A stretch of DNA of 24,000 bases from Planctomycetota bacterium (GTDB lineage Bacteria > Planctomycetota > Phycisphaerae > Phycisphaerales > UBA1924). The stretch lies in contig JAGWZK010000010.1 in NCBI GenBank assembly GCA_018968885.1, positions 80,194 to 104,193 on the forward strand, given 5' to 3'. The translations under genes and the position numbers were made by a program. Positions within the stretch are counted from its first letter, which is position 1, and each line of letters begins with the position of its first letter. This document shows, one piece after another, positions 1 to 7,829 of the stretch. Below the pieces are notes generated by a model that saw only the letters and a program-made list of their open reading frames with translations, made no database searches and was not told the origin of the DNA.

Positions 1-825
1 CACACTCGCTTTCACGATCGCTTCTGCCACCACGCGCTCATTGAAACACCAGAGGTCTTCTAGGGATCCTCCACCCCGTGTCACCAGAATCGCCTCAATC
101 CCCATTCTCTCTGCCTGGTTCGATACCAGATCGATGGTCCGCGCGATCTCCGCCGATGCTTGCTCACCTTGCACGCGAGTATCGCACACCACCACCTCAA
201 TAAACGGTGCCCTTCGACGCAACGTGTCGAGCACATCCTGCAGCGCCGCCGCGCTCCTGCTCGTCACCACTGCGATCCGCACTGGGCACCGGGGCAGCTT
301 TCTCTTCCGCTCCGCATCCATCCACCCCAGCGCACGCAGTTCCGCGACCAGTGCCCGCAGTTTCGCATCCAACGCCCCCACCCCCATCGCCTCCACCCGT
401 TCAACAATCAGCGAGATCTTGCCACTTTTTGCGTAAAAATCCACCCGAGCATGTACCACCACCTGCATCCCATCGCGCACCGCCACCGCCGCCTTCTTCG
501 CCACATTCGCAAACGCCACGCAGTTCACCACCGCGTCCGCATCCTTCAAATCAAAGTACCAGTGCGTCCGCTCGCGAAATCCCGACACCTCTCCCACCAC
601 CCGCAGCACACCCGGCACTCCGGCCTTCAGCGCCTGCGCAATCGACCCCGCCAGTTGCGATACCGAGATCGGCTTTTCTGTCTCCTCCGCCTTTCGTTCC
701 TCGGCCGCGCGGCTCGCCGCCATCTGCCCCGGATCAAAGGGCATCGACGACACCCTCTTTCGCGGCGTCTTCTTCTCTTCAGAATCTCCAAAAGGCAAAC
801 CAGCCATCACGCCAGAGTATGGCAT
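1..825 (-). CDS. xseA: Exodeoxyribonuclease VII large subunit (first 275 codons; 3' end runs off the window)
   Basis: Absent from the ORF track because it has no stop inside the window. My reverse-strand translation from ATG 825 (alternative in-frame ATG 807) reads MPYSGVMAGLPFG...ISVSQLAGSIAQALKAGVPGVLRVVGEVSGFRERTHWYFDLKDADAVVNCVAF...VRIAVVTSRSAAALQDVLDTLRRR...ILVTRGGGSLEDLWCFNERVVAEAI. This is colinear with E. coli XseA landmarks (HWYFTLKD OB-fold, GVITS..GAA..D, GRGGGSLEDLW). The frame stays open to position 1. The proline/arginine-rich plus-strand ORFs 41-876 are antisense artefacts. Confidence 0.9.
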   Translation of the reverse strand, partial: MPYSGVMAGLPFGDSEEKKTPRKRVSSMPFDPGQMAASRAAEERKAEETEKPISVSQLAGSIAQALKAGVPGVLRVVGEVSGFRERTHWYFDLKDADAVVNCVAFANVAKKAAVAVRDGMQVVVHARVDFYAKSGKISLIVERVEAMGVGALDAKLRALVAELRALGWMDAERKRKLPRCPVRIAVVTSRSAAALQDVLDTLRRRAPFIEVVVCDTRVQGEQASAEIARTIDLVSNQAERMGIEAILVTRGGGSLEDLWCFNERVVAEAIVKASV

Positions 826-863
826 GATGGCCGGGTGCTGTCTCCCTCGTCGTCGTCGTGCAT

Positions 864-893
864 CCGGCGGCCCTGAAGCTTCACAGCCGCCGG
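864..893 (-). terminator. GC-rich stem-loop between the secreted-protein gene and xseA (possible terminator without a U-tract)
   Basis: CCGGCGGC (864-871) pairs with GCCGCCGG (886-893), giving 8 bp. The loop contains the palindrome TGAAGCTTCA. It lies 23 nt downstream of the stop at 916 on the minus strand, and no T-run follows it. Confidence 0.25.
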
Positions 894-915
894 AGGCAAA
901 ATCCTCAGTCAATTC

Positions 916-1602
916 TCACTTGCTCGCACGCACCACCACCTGGGAAACATCCATCCGCTCTTTCATCGCCAAGGGCGCCATCGGAGGCAGCGACACCTTG
1001 CTGTACACTTTCACCACCGGTTTGAGACTCCCCATCTCTCGCATCACCTGCTCACGCGAGCGGAATCGCGGCATATCCGCGGGCATCTCAATCGTCGCCC
1101 GGGGCACGATTTGCGAACGCTGCGCCATCCCGCCCATGAAGTTGCCGACGTACAAATCGTTCACGAACGTCCGCACGCCACCCACATACCCGCGCTCTTT
1201 CAGCCACTCGTTGCGAGCCGCCTCAAGTTCGCCGAGCCCTTCAGCATGGAACGCTTCCCACGGATTGATGCCGATGGTCAGTTTCCCGACGCGTGCGTAC
1301 ACCGTCTGCATCTCGCTGCCCACAGCGCCATAGGCCGTTGGTCCAGGCCCCGCCCAATTCATGTACGCCGGGCTGCTCCAATCCGGCGTTTCTCCGCCGA
1401 TGAAGCGCTCACCCAGCCACAGACGGCCGTTGAATCCGGGGCGACGGACGTCGTCAGCGCGGCCGCGCTGATATGGCGCACGCGTCGCGAGGCGACGTCC
1501 CTCATCCGGGCGGCGATAGTCCACCGACGCGTACGTCGGGAACGGACTGCCAAATGACGCCGCAGAAATTGAAGCCGCAACCGCAAGCAGTTCCAGTGCC
1601 AT
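916..1602 (-). CDS. Hypothetical secreted protein (no family recognised)
   Basis: ORF 916-1659 begins at a GTG. The internal ATG at 1602 is preceded by GGGGAAG about 8 nt upstream and yields MALELLAVAASISAASFG, a signal-peptide-like N-terminus. No motif I recognise. Confidence 0.55.
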   Translation of the reverse strand: MALELLAVAASISAASFGSPFPTYASVDYRRPDEGRRLATRAPYQRGRADDVRRPGFNGRLWLGERFIGGETPDWSSPAYMNWAGPGPTAYGAVGSEMQTVYARVGKLTIGINPWEAFHAEGLGELEAARNEWLKERGYVGGVRTFVNDLYVGNFMGGMAQRSQIVPRATIEMPADMPRFRSREQVMREMGSLKPVVKVYSKVSLPPMAPLAMKERMDVSQVVVRASK

Positions 1603-1798
1603 ATTTTCACTTCCCCAAAATTCCGGGCAGTGCGCACCCCGCAGTCGCGCAAGCCACACTACCCATATTCACAAAAATGCCATAAGTGCGGCAAAATGCA
1701 ACCCCATCCGTGCGGTTTGTGATGATTCTGTGGTTACCAGCCGCGCCAACCATCCGGTTATCGCACCTTGCCAAGCAGCATCAAGGTTCAAGCTCGAG

Positions 1799-2974
1799 TT
1801 ACATGACGCGTGTGGAACGATCCGCCATACCGATCGGAACCGCGTTTCCACGGGTTGCCCACTCGTACGCATTCAACAACGCTTTGACATGATCACTGGC
1901 GCGCCGGTGATCGCGAACATAATCGTGCGCCTGATCTGCCAGTGCCTGAGCCGCGCCAGGATGCATCAGCAGCCGATGAATCGCCTCGCGCCACCCACCA
2001 GCGCCACTTCCCGGCCCGGTCTGCGGCACTAGCAACGCGGTCTTCCCATCCGCCAACACGCTCACCATCGCATCCGCCGCCGCCACCACCGCCATCCGCG
2101 AGGCCATCGCTTCCAGCAATATCGTTCGCTGCTCTCCGCGGCAGTCCGGTTGCAGCACAATGTCACCCTGGACCAAGAGATCCCGCCGACTCTCCAGATC
2201 TTCAATCAGCGAAATCCGGGCCAAGACGCCAGACTTTCGCGCCAAACTCCAGATGCCGCTGTTCCGCGCCGCCTGCGCATCCATGAACGCAAGCAAGTCC
2301 TCATGCTCGCGCATTGCCATCGCCAACCCATCAAACGCCGTCCGCGTGGCTTTGGCGTCGCGCCCATTCCCCACCATCATCACACAAGGCGCTTTCCCGG
2401 CTGGCAACACCTTGCGTGGTGTGATCTGTGCATGCACACCCCACCACGCTCCTCGCACCACCACATCTCCCGCAGCGCCTGAACCCGCCCCTGCCTTTAG
2501 CGCTCTCTCGATCGTCACATCGGGTGCGATCAGCACCGGGTCCAAGCCAAGTTTCGTCCGGTTGGCCACACCCGCCACTGTCAACGCCCTCGACACTAGC
2601 CCTGCACGCCACACTTCGAGCATCGGCGTTGCGTGATAGATCGCCGCCAGCTCAAACGCCATATCCCACGTCGACCCTCCAAAGGCGTGCACGATGTCGA
2701 AGTCTTCGCTCTCCTCATCACCTCGAGGCAGGGCATCAATGGCCGCGACCAACCGCCTCAATCGCAACGCCGAAGCGAATAAAAACCCCGACGTTTCATA
2801 TGTCACCAGCGATGAAAACACCGCCGACCCGGAATCCCCCGCCCGTGCTGCAGCCGTATCCGGAATGGCGTGCACGACCCGCACGCCTTCATCCGCCAAC
2901 CCGATCTCCAGGCGCGTCAGCATCGCCCGCTCGCGCAGGGCAAAGACTTCGTCGGCAATGATCAGGGCCCGCAT
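1799..2974 (-). CDS. Glycosyltransferase, GT-B fold (family 1/4-like)
   Basis: The track ORF starts at GTG 3022. ATG 2974 gives MRALIIADEVF..., a typical GT4 N-terminal strand. The C-terminal half has the GT1-type segment LQPDCRGEQRTILLEAMASRMAVVAAAD (compare E-x-FG-xxxLEAMA-xG-xPVVA). Confidence 0.8.
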   Translation of the reverse strand: MRALIIADEVFALRERAMLTRLEIGLADEGVRVVHAIPDTAAARAGDSGSAVFSSLVTYETSGFLFASALRLRRLVAAIDALPRGDEESEDFDIVHAFGGSTWDMAFELAAIYHATPMLEVWRAGLVSRALTVAGVANRTKLGLDPVLIAPDVTIERALKAGAGSGAAGDVVVRGAWWGVHAQITPRKVLPAGKAPCVMMVGNGRDAKATRTAFDGLAMAMREHEDLLAFMDAQAARNSGIWSLARKSGVLARISLIEDLESRRDLLVQGDIVLQPDCRGEQRTILLEAMASRMAVVAAADAMVSVLADGKTALLVPQTGPGSGAGGWREAIHRLLMHPGAAQALADQAHDYVRDHRRASDHVKALLNAYEWATRGNAVPIGMADRSTRVM

Positions 2975-3028
2975 ACGGCACTGTATCGTCCATCCCGGCA
3001 AACGCACCACAACATCCGGCACTACATC

Positions 3029-4117
3029 TCAGCGCAACTGAGGTGCCTCTTTCACCCTCAATCTTTGTGCCGCCTCTGTCCCCCACACAGCGGCCCACCG
3101 CTCTTGCTCCACCTGCACCAGCACCGGCGCATCATCGTCACCGCACCCTGACGGAGCCGCCGCGAACGGCCACCACATCGCCAATCTCTCCCCCTGGGCC
3201 ATCATGCTTGATTTCCCCTCTGCTCCGATCAATTCCCCCACCGTTGCCAATCGCTCAACTCTGCGCTGCACGCTCGGTCTGCACGCCAAGAGTGCTCGCG
3301 TGTATGGATGCACCGGCCGCGCCAGCACCTCGCGCGTCCGCCCAAACTCCAGCACTCTTCCCCCAAACATCACGCACGTCACATCCGCATGATCCGCGAC
3401 CACACCCAAATCATGCGTGATCAGTACCACTGCCATCCCCCGTTGCGAGCGCAATTCTCCCAGCAATTCCAATATCCGTGCCTGCACAGTCACATCGAGC
3501 GCTGTCGTCGGCTCATCCGCCAGCAGCACCGCCGGCTGGCTCGCCACCGCCATCGCGATCATCACCCGCTGCCTCATTCCACCCGAAAGTTCATGCGGAA
3601 ACTGCTTCAACCGCCGTGCTGGTTCATCGATCTTCACCGCCGACAAGGCCTCCATTGCCGCCTCGCGCACATTCCTCTTCATCTCCGGGCGATGCAACCG
3701 AATCACCTCTTCAATCTGCTCTCCAACCGCCATCACTGGATTCAACGAGGTCATCGGTTCCTGGAAGATCATCGCCAGATGCTTCCCACGCACCTGTCTC
3801 ATCTCTTCCGCGCCAGCGCGGCAGAGTTCCCAATCTCTCCCCCAAGTTCTCAATCGAATCTCACCCTCATCCACCCGCGCCCCACGGGGCAGCAATCCCA
3901 TCGCCGCAAGCGCGGTCACACTCTTTCCACTTCCCGATTCCCCTACGATCGCCAGCATCTGGCCCGCGTGCACTCCCCACGATGCCTCACCAACTGCCGC
4001 GACTCGTGTTCCACTACCCGCGCCGCCTCTGCCTCTGGCAGCCCCACCTGAGAACGACACCGCCAGCCCAGTCACACTGAGCACCGGTCTTTCCGCACTC
4101 ATTGCGCCAGTGTTCAC
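3029..4117 (-). CDS. ABC transporter ATP-binding protein, oligopeptide/dipeptide (OppD/DppD) type
   Basis: Walker A GESGSGKSVTA, signature LSGGMRQRV, Walker B LLADEPTTALD and H-loop ITHDL. The C-terminal HPYTRALL segment is typical of OppD/DppD. GTG 4117 overlaps the permease stop (GTGA, 4114-4117); the alternative start is ATG 4102. Confidence 0.9.
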   Translation of the reverse strand: MNTGAMSAERPVLSVTGLAVSFSGGAARGRGGAGSGTRVAAVGEASWGVHAGQMLAIVGESGSGKSVTALAAMGLLPRGARVDEGEIRLRTWGRDWELCRAGAEEMRQVRGKHLAMIFQEPMTSLNPVMAVGEQIEEVIRLHRPEMKRNVREAAMEALSAVKIDEPARRLKQFPHELSGGMRQRVMIAMAVASQPAVLLADEPTTALDVTVQARILELLGELRSQRGMAVVLITHDLGVVADHADVTCVMFGGRVLEFGRTREVLARPVHPYTRALLACRPSVQRRVERLATVGELIGAEGKSSMMAQGERLAMWWPFAAAPSGCGDDDAPVLVQVEQERWAAVWGTEAAQRLRVKEAPQLR

Positions 4118-5388
4118 TCCACCCCTCCGCGCCCATGCCGCGAATTCTGCGGCGTCAGCACCACACGCAACCCCTCACCCACAAAATTCATGGCCAGCAG
4201 CGTCAACGCAAGCAGCACACAGGGACTCACGATCAACCACCAGTGCGATCGATACGGATTCAGTTCCGCCAGTCCATCCGCCGCCATGTTCCCCCAGCTC
4301 GGTAACGGCGACTTCACACCGATACCCAGAAAGCTCAAGAAGCTCTCCTGCAATATCGCCTGCGGCACAGTCAGCGTCGCATACACCACGATCGGACCGA
4401 TCAAACCCGGCAGCAGGTGCCGCGCAAACAGCCGCACCGGCCCCGCCCCCATCGCTCGAGCCGCATCGACATACGGCCGCGTCTTCAGACTCAGCACCTG
4501 CCCTCTCACGACTCGCGCCATCGTCAGCCAACTCACACCGCCAATCGCCACCAGCAGCGTCACCAGGTTGATCGATGTCCGCATCGGCGTAGAGATCGGT
4601 TCGATCGGATACGTTGCTGCCGCTTCCTGCTTCATCAAATTCATCAACTCCGCATCCGCCGCCTGCTCAGGTGTGAACTTGGCCAGTTCGCGTTCGACGT
4701 ATCTCGCCCGCGTTCGCTCAGCTTCCTCCACACGCCCGTTCACAATCCGCTCAAACCCCGCATCCACCGCCACCGCCAGCAGGACCACGATCAGCACATA
4801 CGGCAATCCATACAGCACATCCACAATCCGCATCATCACCGCATCGATCTTCCCACCCTTCCATCCCGCCGTCGCACCGTACAGCGTACCGATCAGCACC
4901 GACACCGCCGCCGCTGCGATGCCAATGGACAGCGAAATGCCTCCTCCCGTCAAGAGCCGCACCAGCACACTGGTTCCGAGCCGATCTGTCCCCAGCACGT
5001 ATGCTGGCGACCCCGCCCTGGACATGCGCTCATTCCACACCGACTGTTCACCGACTACCCAAAATGGCGGCAGCAATACATGATTCAGATCGCCCGCCGC
5101 GTATCGCGGCACCCCCTCACCACCCAGCGTCCACGGCAACGTCCCCACGCATATCGCCAGAACCGCTGCCAGAAATCCCAGACCCAACATTGCCATCCGC
5201 TGCCGCGCCATCCGTCGCCACCACGGCTCCGCCGGACCCGCCGGCGCGAGTCGATACGAAGGCACCAGTGCTTTGGAAACGGCCCTTGGCTGCTGTTCTG
5301 TCGGATGGTTCTGTGCCGAATTCGTCATCGTGAGCAAGCATGGTACGAACTTCGTCGCGCCGTGCCCGCATCCGGAACACGGAACCAT
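4114..5388 (-). CDS. ABC transporter permease, OppC/DppC type, with an internal insertion
   Basis: Contains YVLGTDRLGTSVL (the OppC periplasmic motif), KIDAVMMRIVDVLYGLPYVL and the EAA loop PYVDAARAMGAGPVRLFARHLLP. ATG 5388 is 3 nt after the upstream stop; the alternative start ATG 5328 gives MTNSAQ.... About 65 extra residues lie between TM3 and TM4 (see findings). Confidence 0.85.
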   Translation of the reverse strand: MVPCSGCGHGATKFVPCLLTMTNSAQNHPTEQQPRAVSKALVPSYRLAPAGPAEPWWRRMARQRMAMLGLGFLAAVLAICVGTLPWTLGGEGVPRYAAGDLNHVLLPPFWVVGEQSVWNERMSRAGSPAYVLGTDRLGTSVLVRLLTGGGISLSIGIAAAAVSVLIGTLYGATAGWKGGKIDAVMMRIVDVLYGLPYVLIVVLLAVAVDAGFERIVNGRVEEAERTRARYVERELAKFTPEQAADAELMNLMKQEAAATYPIEPISTPMRTSINLVTLLVAIGGVSWLTMARVVRGQVLSLKTRPYVDAARAMGAGPVRLFARHLLPGLIGPIVVYATLTVPQAILQESFLSFLGIGVKSPLPSWGNMAADGLAELNPYRSHWWLIVSPCVLLALTLLAMNFVGEGLRVVLTPQNSRHGRGGVE

Positions 5389-5391
5389 GCG

Positions 5392-5667
5392 CTATCGAAT
5401 GCAGTTTTTCTGTTCCGGCGTCAAAGTCGCAGGATCTGTCGGTCGGTAGCTCTTTCCCGGCGGAGGCCTGTCGCCTTTCCCCACCCAGATGAACCCCTCA
5501 CTGGGTCCAGATGGTCCACCCACCGGTCCGTTGTCAAAGACCTCTACGAGTTGCCGCTGAGATTGGCACGACGCCAGCCACATCGTGGCAGGCAGCGCCA
5601 CGCCACACCCCACCGCAGCGCTCCACATCAGCGTTTTGAGCGACAATTGACTCTTAGCGTGCGACAT
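5392..5667 (-). CDS. Small putative lipoprotein (91 aa precursor)
   Basis: ATG start at 5667. The N-terminus MSHAKSQLSLKTLMWSAAVGCGVALPATMWLASC carries the lipobox L-A-S-C. The mature part is Gly/Pro-rich. It sits 5 nt after the ftsI stop and 3 nt before the permease ATG. Confidence 0.5.
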   Translation of the reverse strand: MSHAKSQLSLKTLMWSAAVGCGVALPATMWLASCQSQRQLVEVFDNGPVGGPSGPSEGFIWVGKGDRPPPGKSYRPTDPATLTPEQKNCIR

Positions 5668-5672
5668 CGCGC

Positions 5673-7829
5673 TTAGTTTCCGCCACCGCTCGGCTTGGCT
5701 AGCGAGCGAGCATTCAGGATCGGCACATTCGCCCGCATCGTCTCAACCTTACTCGGGCTCGGAGGCACACCCAAGTACGTCAGCGTGTTCTCCATGATCT
5801 CGCGTACCAACGGTCCCGCCGTGGCCGAGCCATAGTGCGTCTTGGTCGCGATTCGCTTTGGCCCCGGATCATCCACCACCACGATGCACACGATCCGTGG
5901 GTTCTCCAGCGGCCCACCCGCGATGAAACTGCTGTTGTACTGATGCTGAAAGTACGCCGGAGCACCCTTGGGCTTGCGCTTGCCAAAAGGTGGCAAAGGC
6001 GATGCCTTTGCCGTCCCCGACTTTCCAAAGATCGAGTAACGCCACTGCGGCACATCTGCCGCTTCACTCGATTTCTGAGCACCGACCCGATTGCTCGGCG
6101 GCTTCACCTTGATCTTGGCTTCCATGTTCTCTGCCACCAGCCCCATCACATCGCGCGTGTAGTTTGCCACATCCGCCGGCAGCACGCGAGTCACGACGCT
6201 CTGCCCTGGCTCACCCGTTGTATCCAATTCCGGCACTGTCAAACGCAAGGGCACGATTGTTCCGGCCAGGTCGCCACTGCGGCAGAACGCCGCAAACGCC
6301 CGCGCCATCTGTACCGGCGTCACCGCGATCTCATGTCCGTACGACACCGAAACCTGGCTGAAATTCGTCCAATACTGAATCGGCGTGACTATCCCCGCCG
6401 TCTCACCCGGCAGACCCACATTCGTGCGACTGCCAAAACCAAAGCGCCGCGCCATCTCGTTCATCTGATTGTACGTCAGACGCTGCCCCGCCTGGATCAT
6501 GCCGATATTCGACGAATTGATAAGCACTTCGGCCCAGGTCTGCTTGTTCAGTTCTTTCACATCATCAATCGGCCGCCCCACCGGCGTGATCCAATGCCCG
6601 CCGTGGGTGTTGAAGACCTCGCTTGGCTGCGCCAAGCCGAGTTCCGTGATCGTCGACCACACAAACGGCTTGAACGTCGAACCCGGCTCGTACACATCCT
6701 CAACGCACCGGTTTCTCGCCAGAAACGCATCACTCTCGGAACCCGGCGGCACCTGAGTCAACCGATAACGCCGCTCGGGAATCTCCACCTTCGGCCCCAC
6801 CGGCGCATCTTTATCCTCATACGGAAAGTCATGCAGCCCGGTCATCGGCCGCACCACATCCACCAGCGCCAGCACCTCTCCCGTCTGCGTATCCACCACC
6901 ACGCAGCGTGCTCCTTGCGCATCGCACTCTTCAGCCCCGCGGCGCAGCACCTCTGTCACCATTCGCTGCACTTCCAAATCAATCGTTAGGCGAACCGCAT
7001 CGCCATGATCCGGCTCGCGAACATTGCTCGATTCGATCCACAGCGGCCGACCCAGCGCATCGCGGACGTATTTCACGCCCCCGTCTTTGCCAGCAAGGTC
7101 CTTGTTCAACTTCAATTCCGCGCCCATCACGCCCTTGTTGTCCCAATCCACCAATCCAGCGATCGGTGCGACCTCTGCCCCACCCGGATACTCACGCACC
7201 TGGTGACGCTCCAGTGCTACACCCTTCATCTTCAACGCTCGCACCGCTTCCGCCGCGGCATCACTCAGCACTTCACCGCCGCGCCCGATCGGCACATATT
7301 TGTCCAGTTTGGGCTTGTCTGATTCAGAGTTCTGACCTTCACCCGGATTCACCTCGTCACCCTTCAACTCCGCGAGCACCATCTTTCCCAGCCCCACCGG
7401 CGTCAATTCGCGGCGTTCCTTCTTCCTGGCCTCTTCCTCTGCCTTCATCGACACCAGCACTGGCGCGTTCTTCTCTCTGGCCACTTTGAGCGGCTCGCGA
7501 ATCTTGGCAGCTTCGATCTGCGCTGCCGCCGCGAGCTTCTGCACCGATTCTTCAAAGGGCTCAGGAAACAGCGTCGGATCGACAAACACGCGATACCCGA
7601 TTCGCGTGCTCGACAACACCCGGCCGCGCCGATCCAGCACGTCGCCACGCAGACCCATCTGCGTGGCCTGACTCACTCGCGCCTGCGCCTTGGCCGTCGC
7701 TACCAGTTTCTCAGGTGGAGCCAGCTGCAGCTGCGCCACCCGCGCCACCATCACCATCAATCCCACCGTGGCAACGCCGCCGCAGATCAGGGCGATCATC
7801 GACACCCGACGTGATGGAACACGATTCAT
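5673..7829 (-). CDS. ftsI: Class B penicillin-binding protein / peptidoglycan D,D-transpeptidase (FtsI/PBP3-like)
   Basis: N-terminal membrane anchor, then LRGDVLDRRGRVL. Transpeptidase motifs are SxxK (GSTFKP), SxN (NSSN) and KSG (KSGTA). The ATG at 7829 overlaps the ftsL-like stop (ATGA). dcw context supports the call. Confidence 0.9.
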   Translation of the reverse strand: MNRVPSRRVSMIALICGGVATVGLMVMVARVAQLQLAPPEKLVATAKAQARVSQATQMGLRGDVLDRRGRVLSSTRIGYRVFVDPTLFPEPFEESVQKLAAAAQIEAAKIREPLKVAREKNAPVLVSMKAEEEARKKERRELTPVGLGKMVLAELKGDEVNPGEGQNSESDKPKLDKYVPIGRGGEVLSDAAAEAVRALKMKGVALERHQVREYPGGAEVAPIAGLVDWDNKGVMGAELKLNKDLAGKDGGVKYVRDALGRPLWIESSNVREPDHGDAVRLTIDLEVQRMVTEVLRRGAEECDAQGARCVVVDTQTGEVLALVDVVRPMTGLHDFPYEDKDAPVGPKVEIPERRYRLTQVPPGSESDAFLARNRCVEDVYEPGSTFKPFVWSTITELGLAQPSEVFNTHGGHWITPVGRPIDDVKELNKQTWAEVLINSSNIGMIQAGQRLTYNQMNEMARRFGFGSRTNVGLPGETAGIVTPIQYWTNFSQVSVSYGHEIAVTPVQMARAFAAFCRSGDLAGTIVPLRLTVPELDTTGEPGQSVVTRVLPADVANYTRDVMGLVAENMEAKIKVKPPSNRVGAQKSSEAADVPQWRYSIFGKSGTAKASPLPPFGKRKPKGAPAYFQHQYNSSFIAGGPLENPRIVCIVVVDDPGPKRIATKTHYGSATAGPLVREIMENTLTYLGVPPSPSKVETMRANVPILNARSLAKPSGGGN

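Noticed and set aside
41-876. Plus-strand ORFs 41-436, 160-876 and 207-827.
   Set aside because: They are antisense to a clear xseA reading frame that the track missed, since that frame has no stop within the window. Their translations are proline- and histidine-rich low complexity.
1630-1640. The 11-mer GTGCGCACCCC, containing the 8-bp palindrome GTGCGCAC, lies about 25 nt upstream of two minus-strand starts (1630-1640 and 22776-22786).
   Set aside because: GTGCGCACC also occurs twice inside murC (about 14530 and about 14707), so it looks like a compositionally favoured word rather than an operator.
3417-6989. Very long plus-strand ORFs (3417-4571 of 384 aa, 4417-5676 of 419 aa, 5835-6989 of 384 aa). 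Similar ones lie elsewhere: 8289-9218, 14821-15717, 18963-19985 and 22600-23694.
   Set aside because: All lie antisense to genes with unambiguous family motifs. They are dominated by Arg/Pro/His/Ser runs with no recognisable domains, which is typical of stop-poor antisense frames in high-GC DNA.
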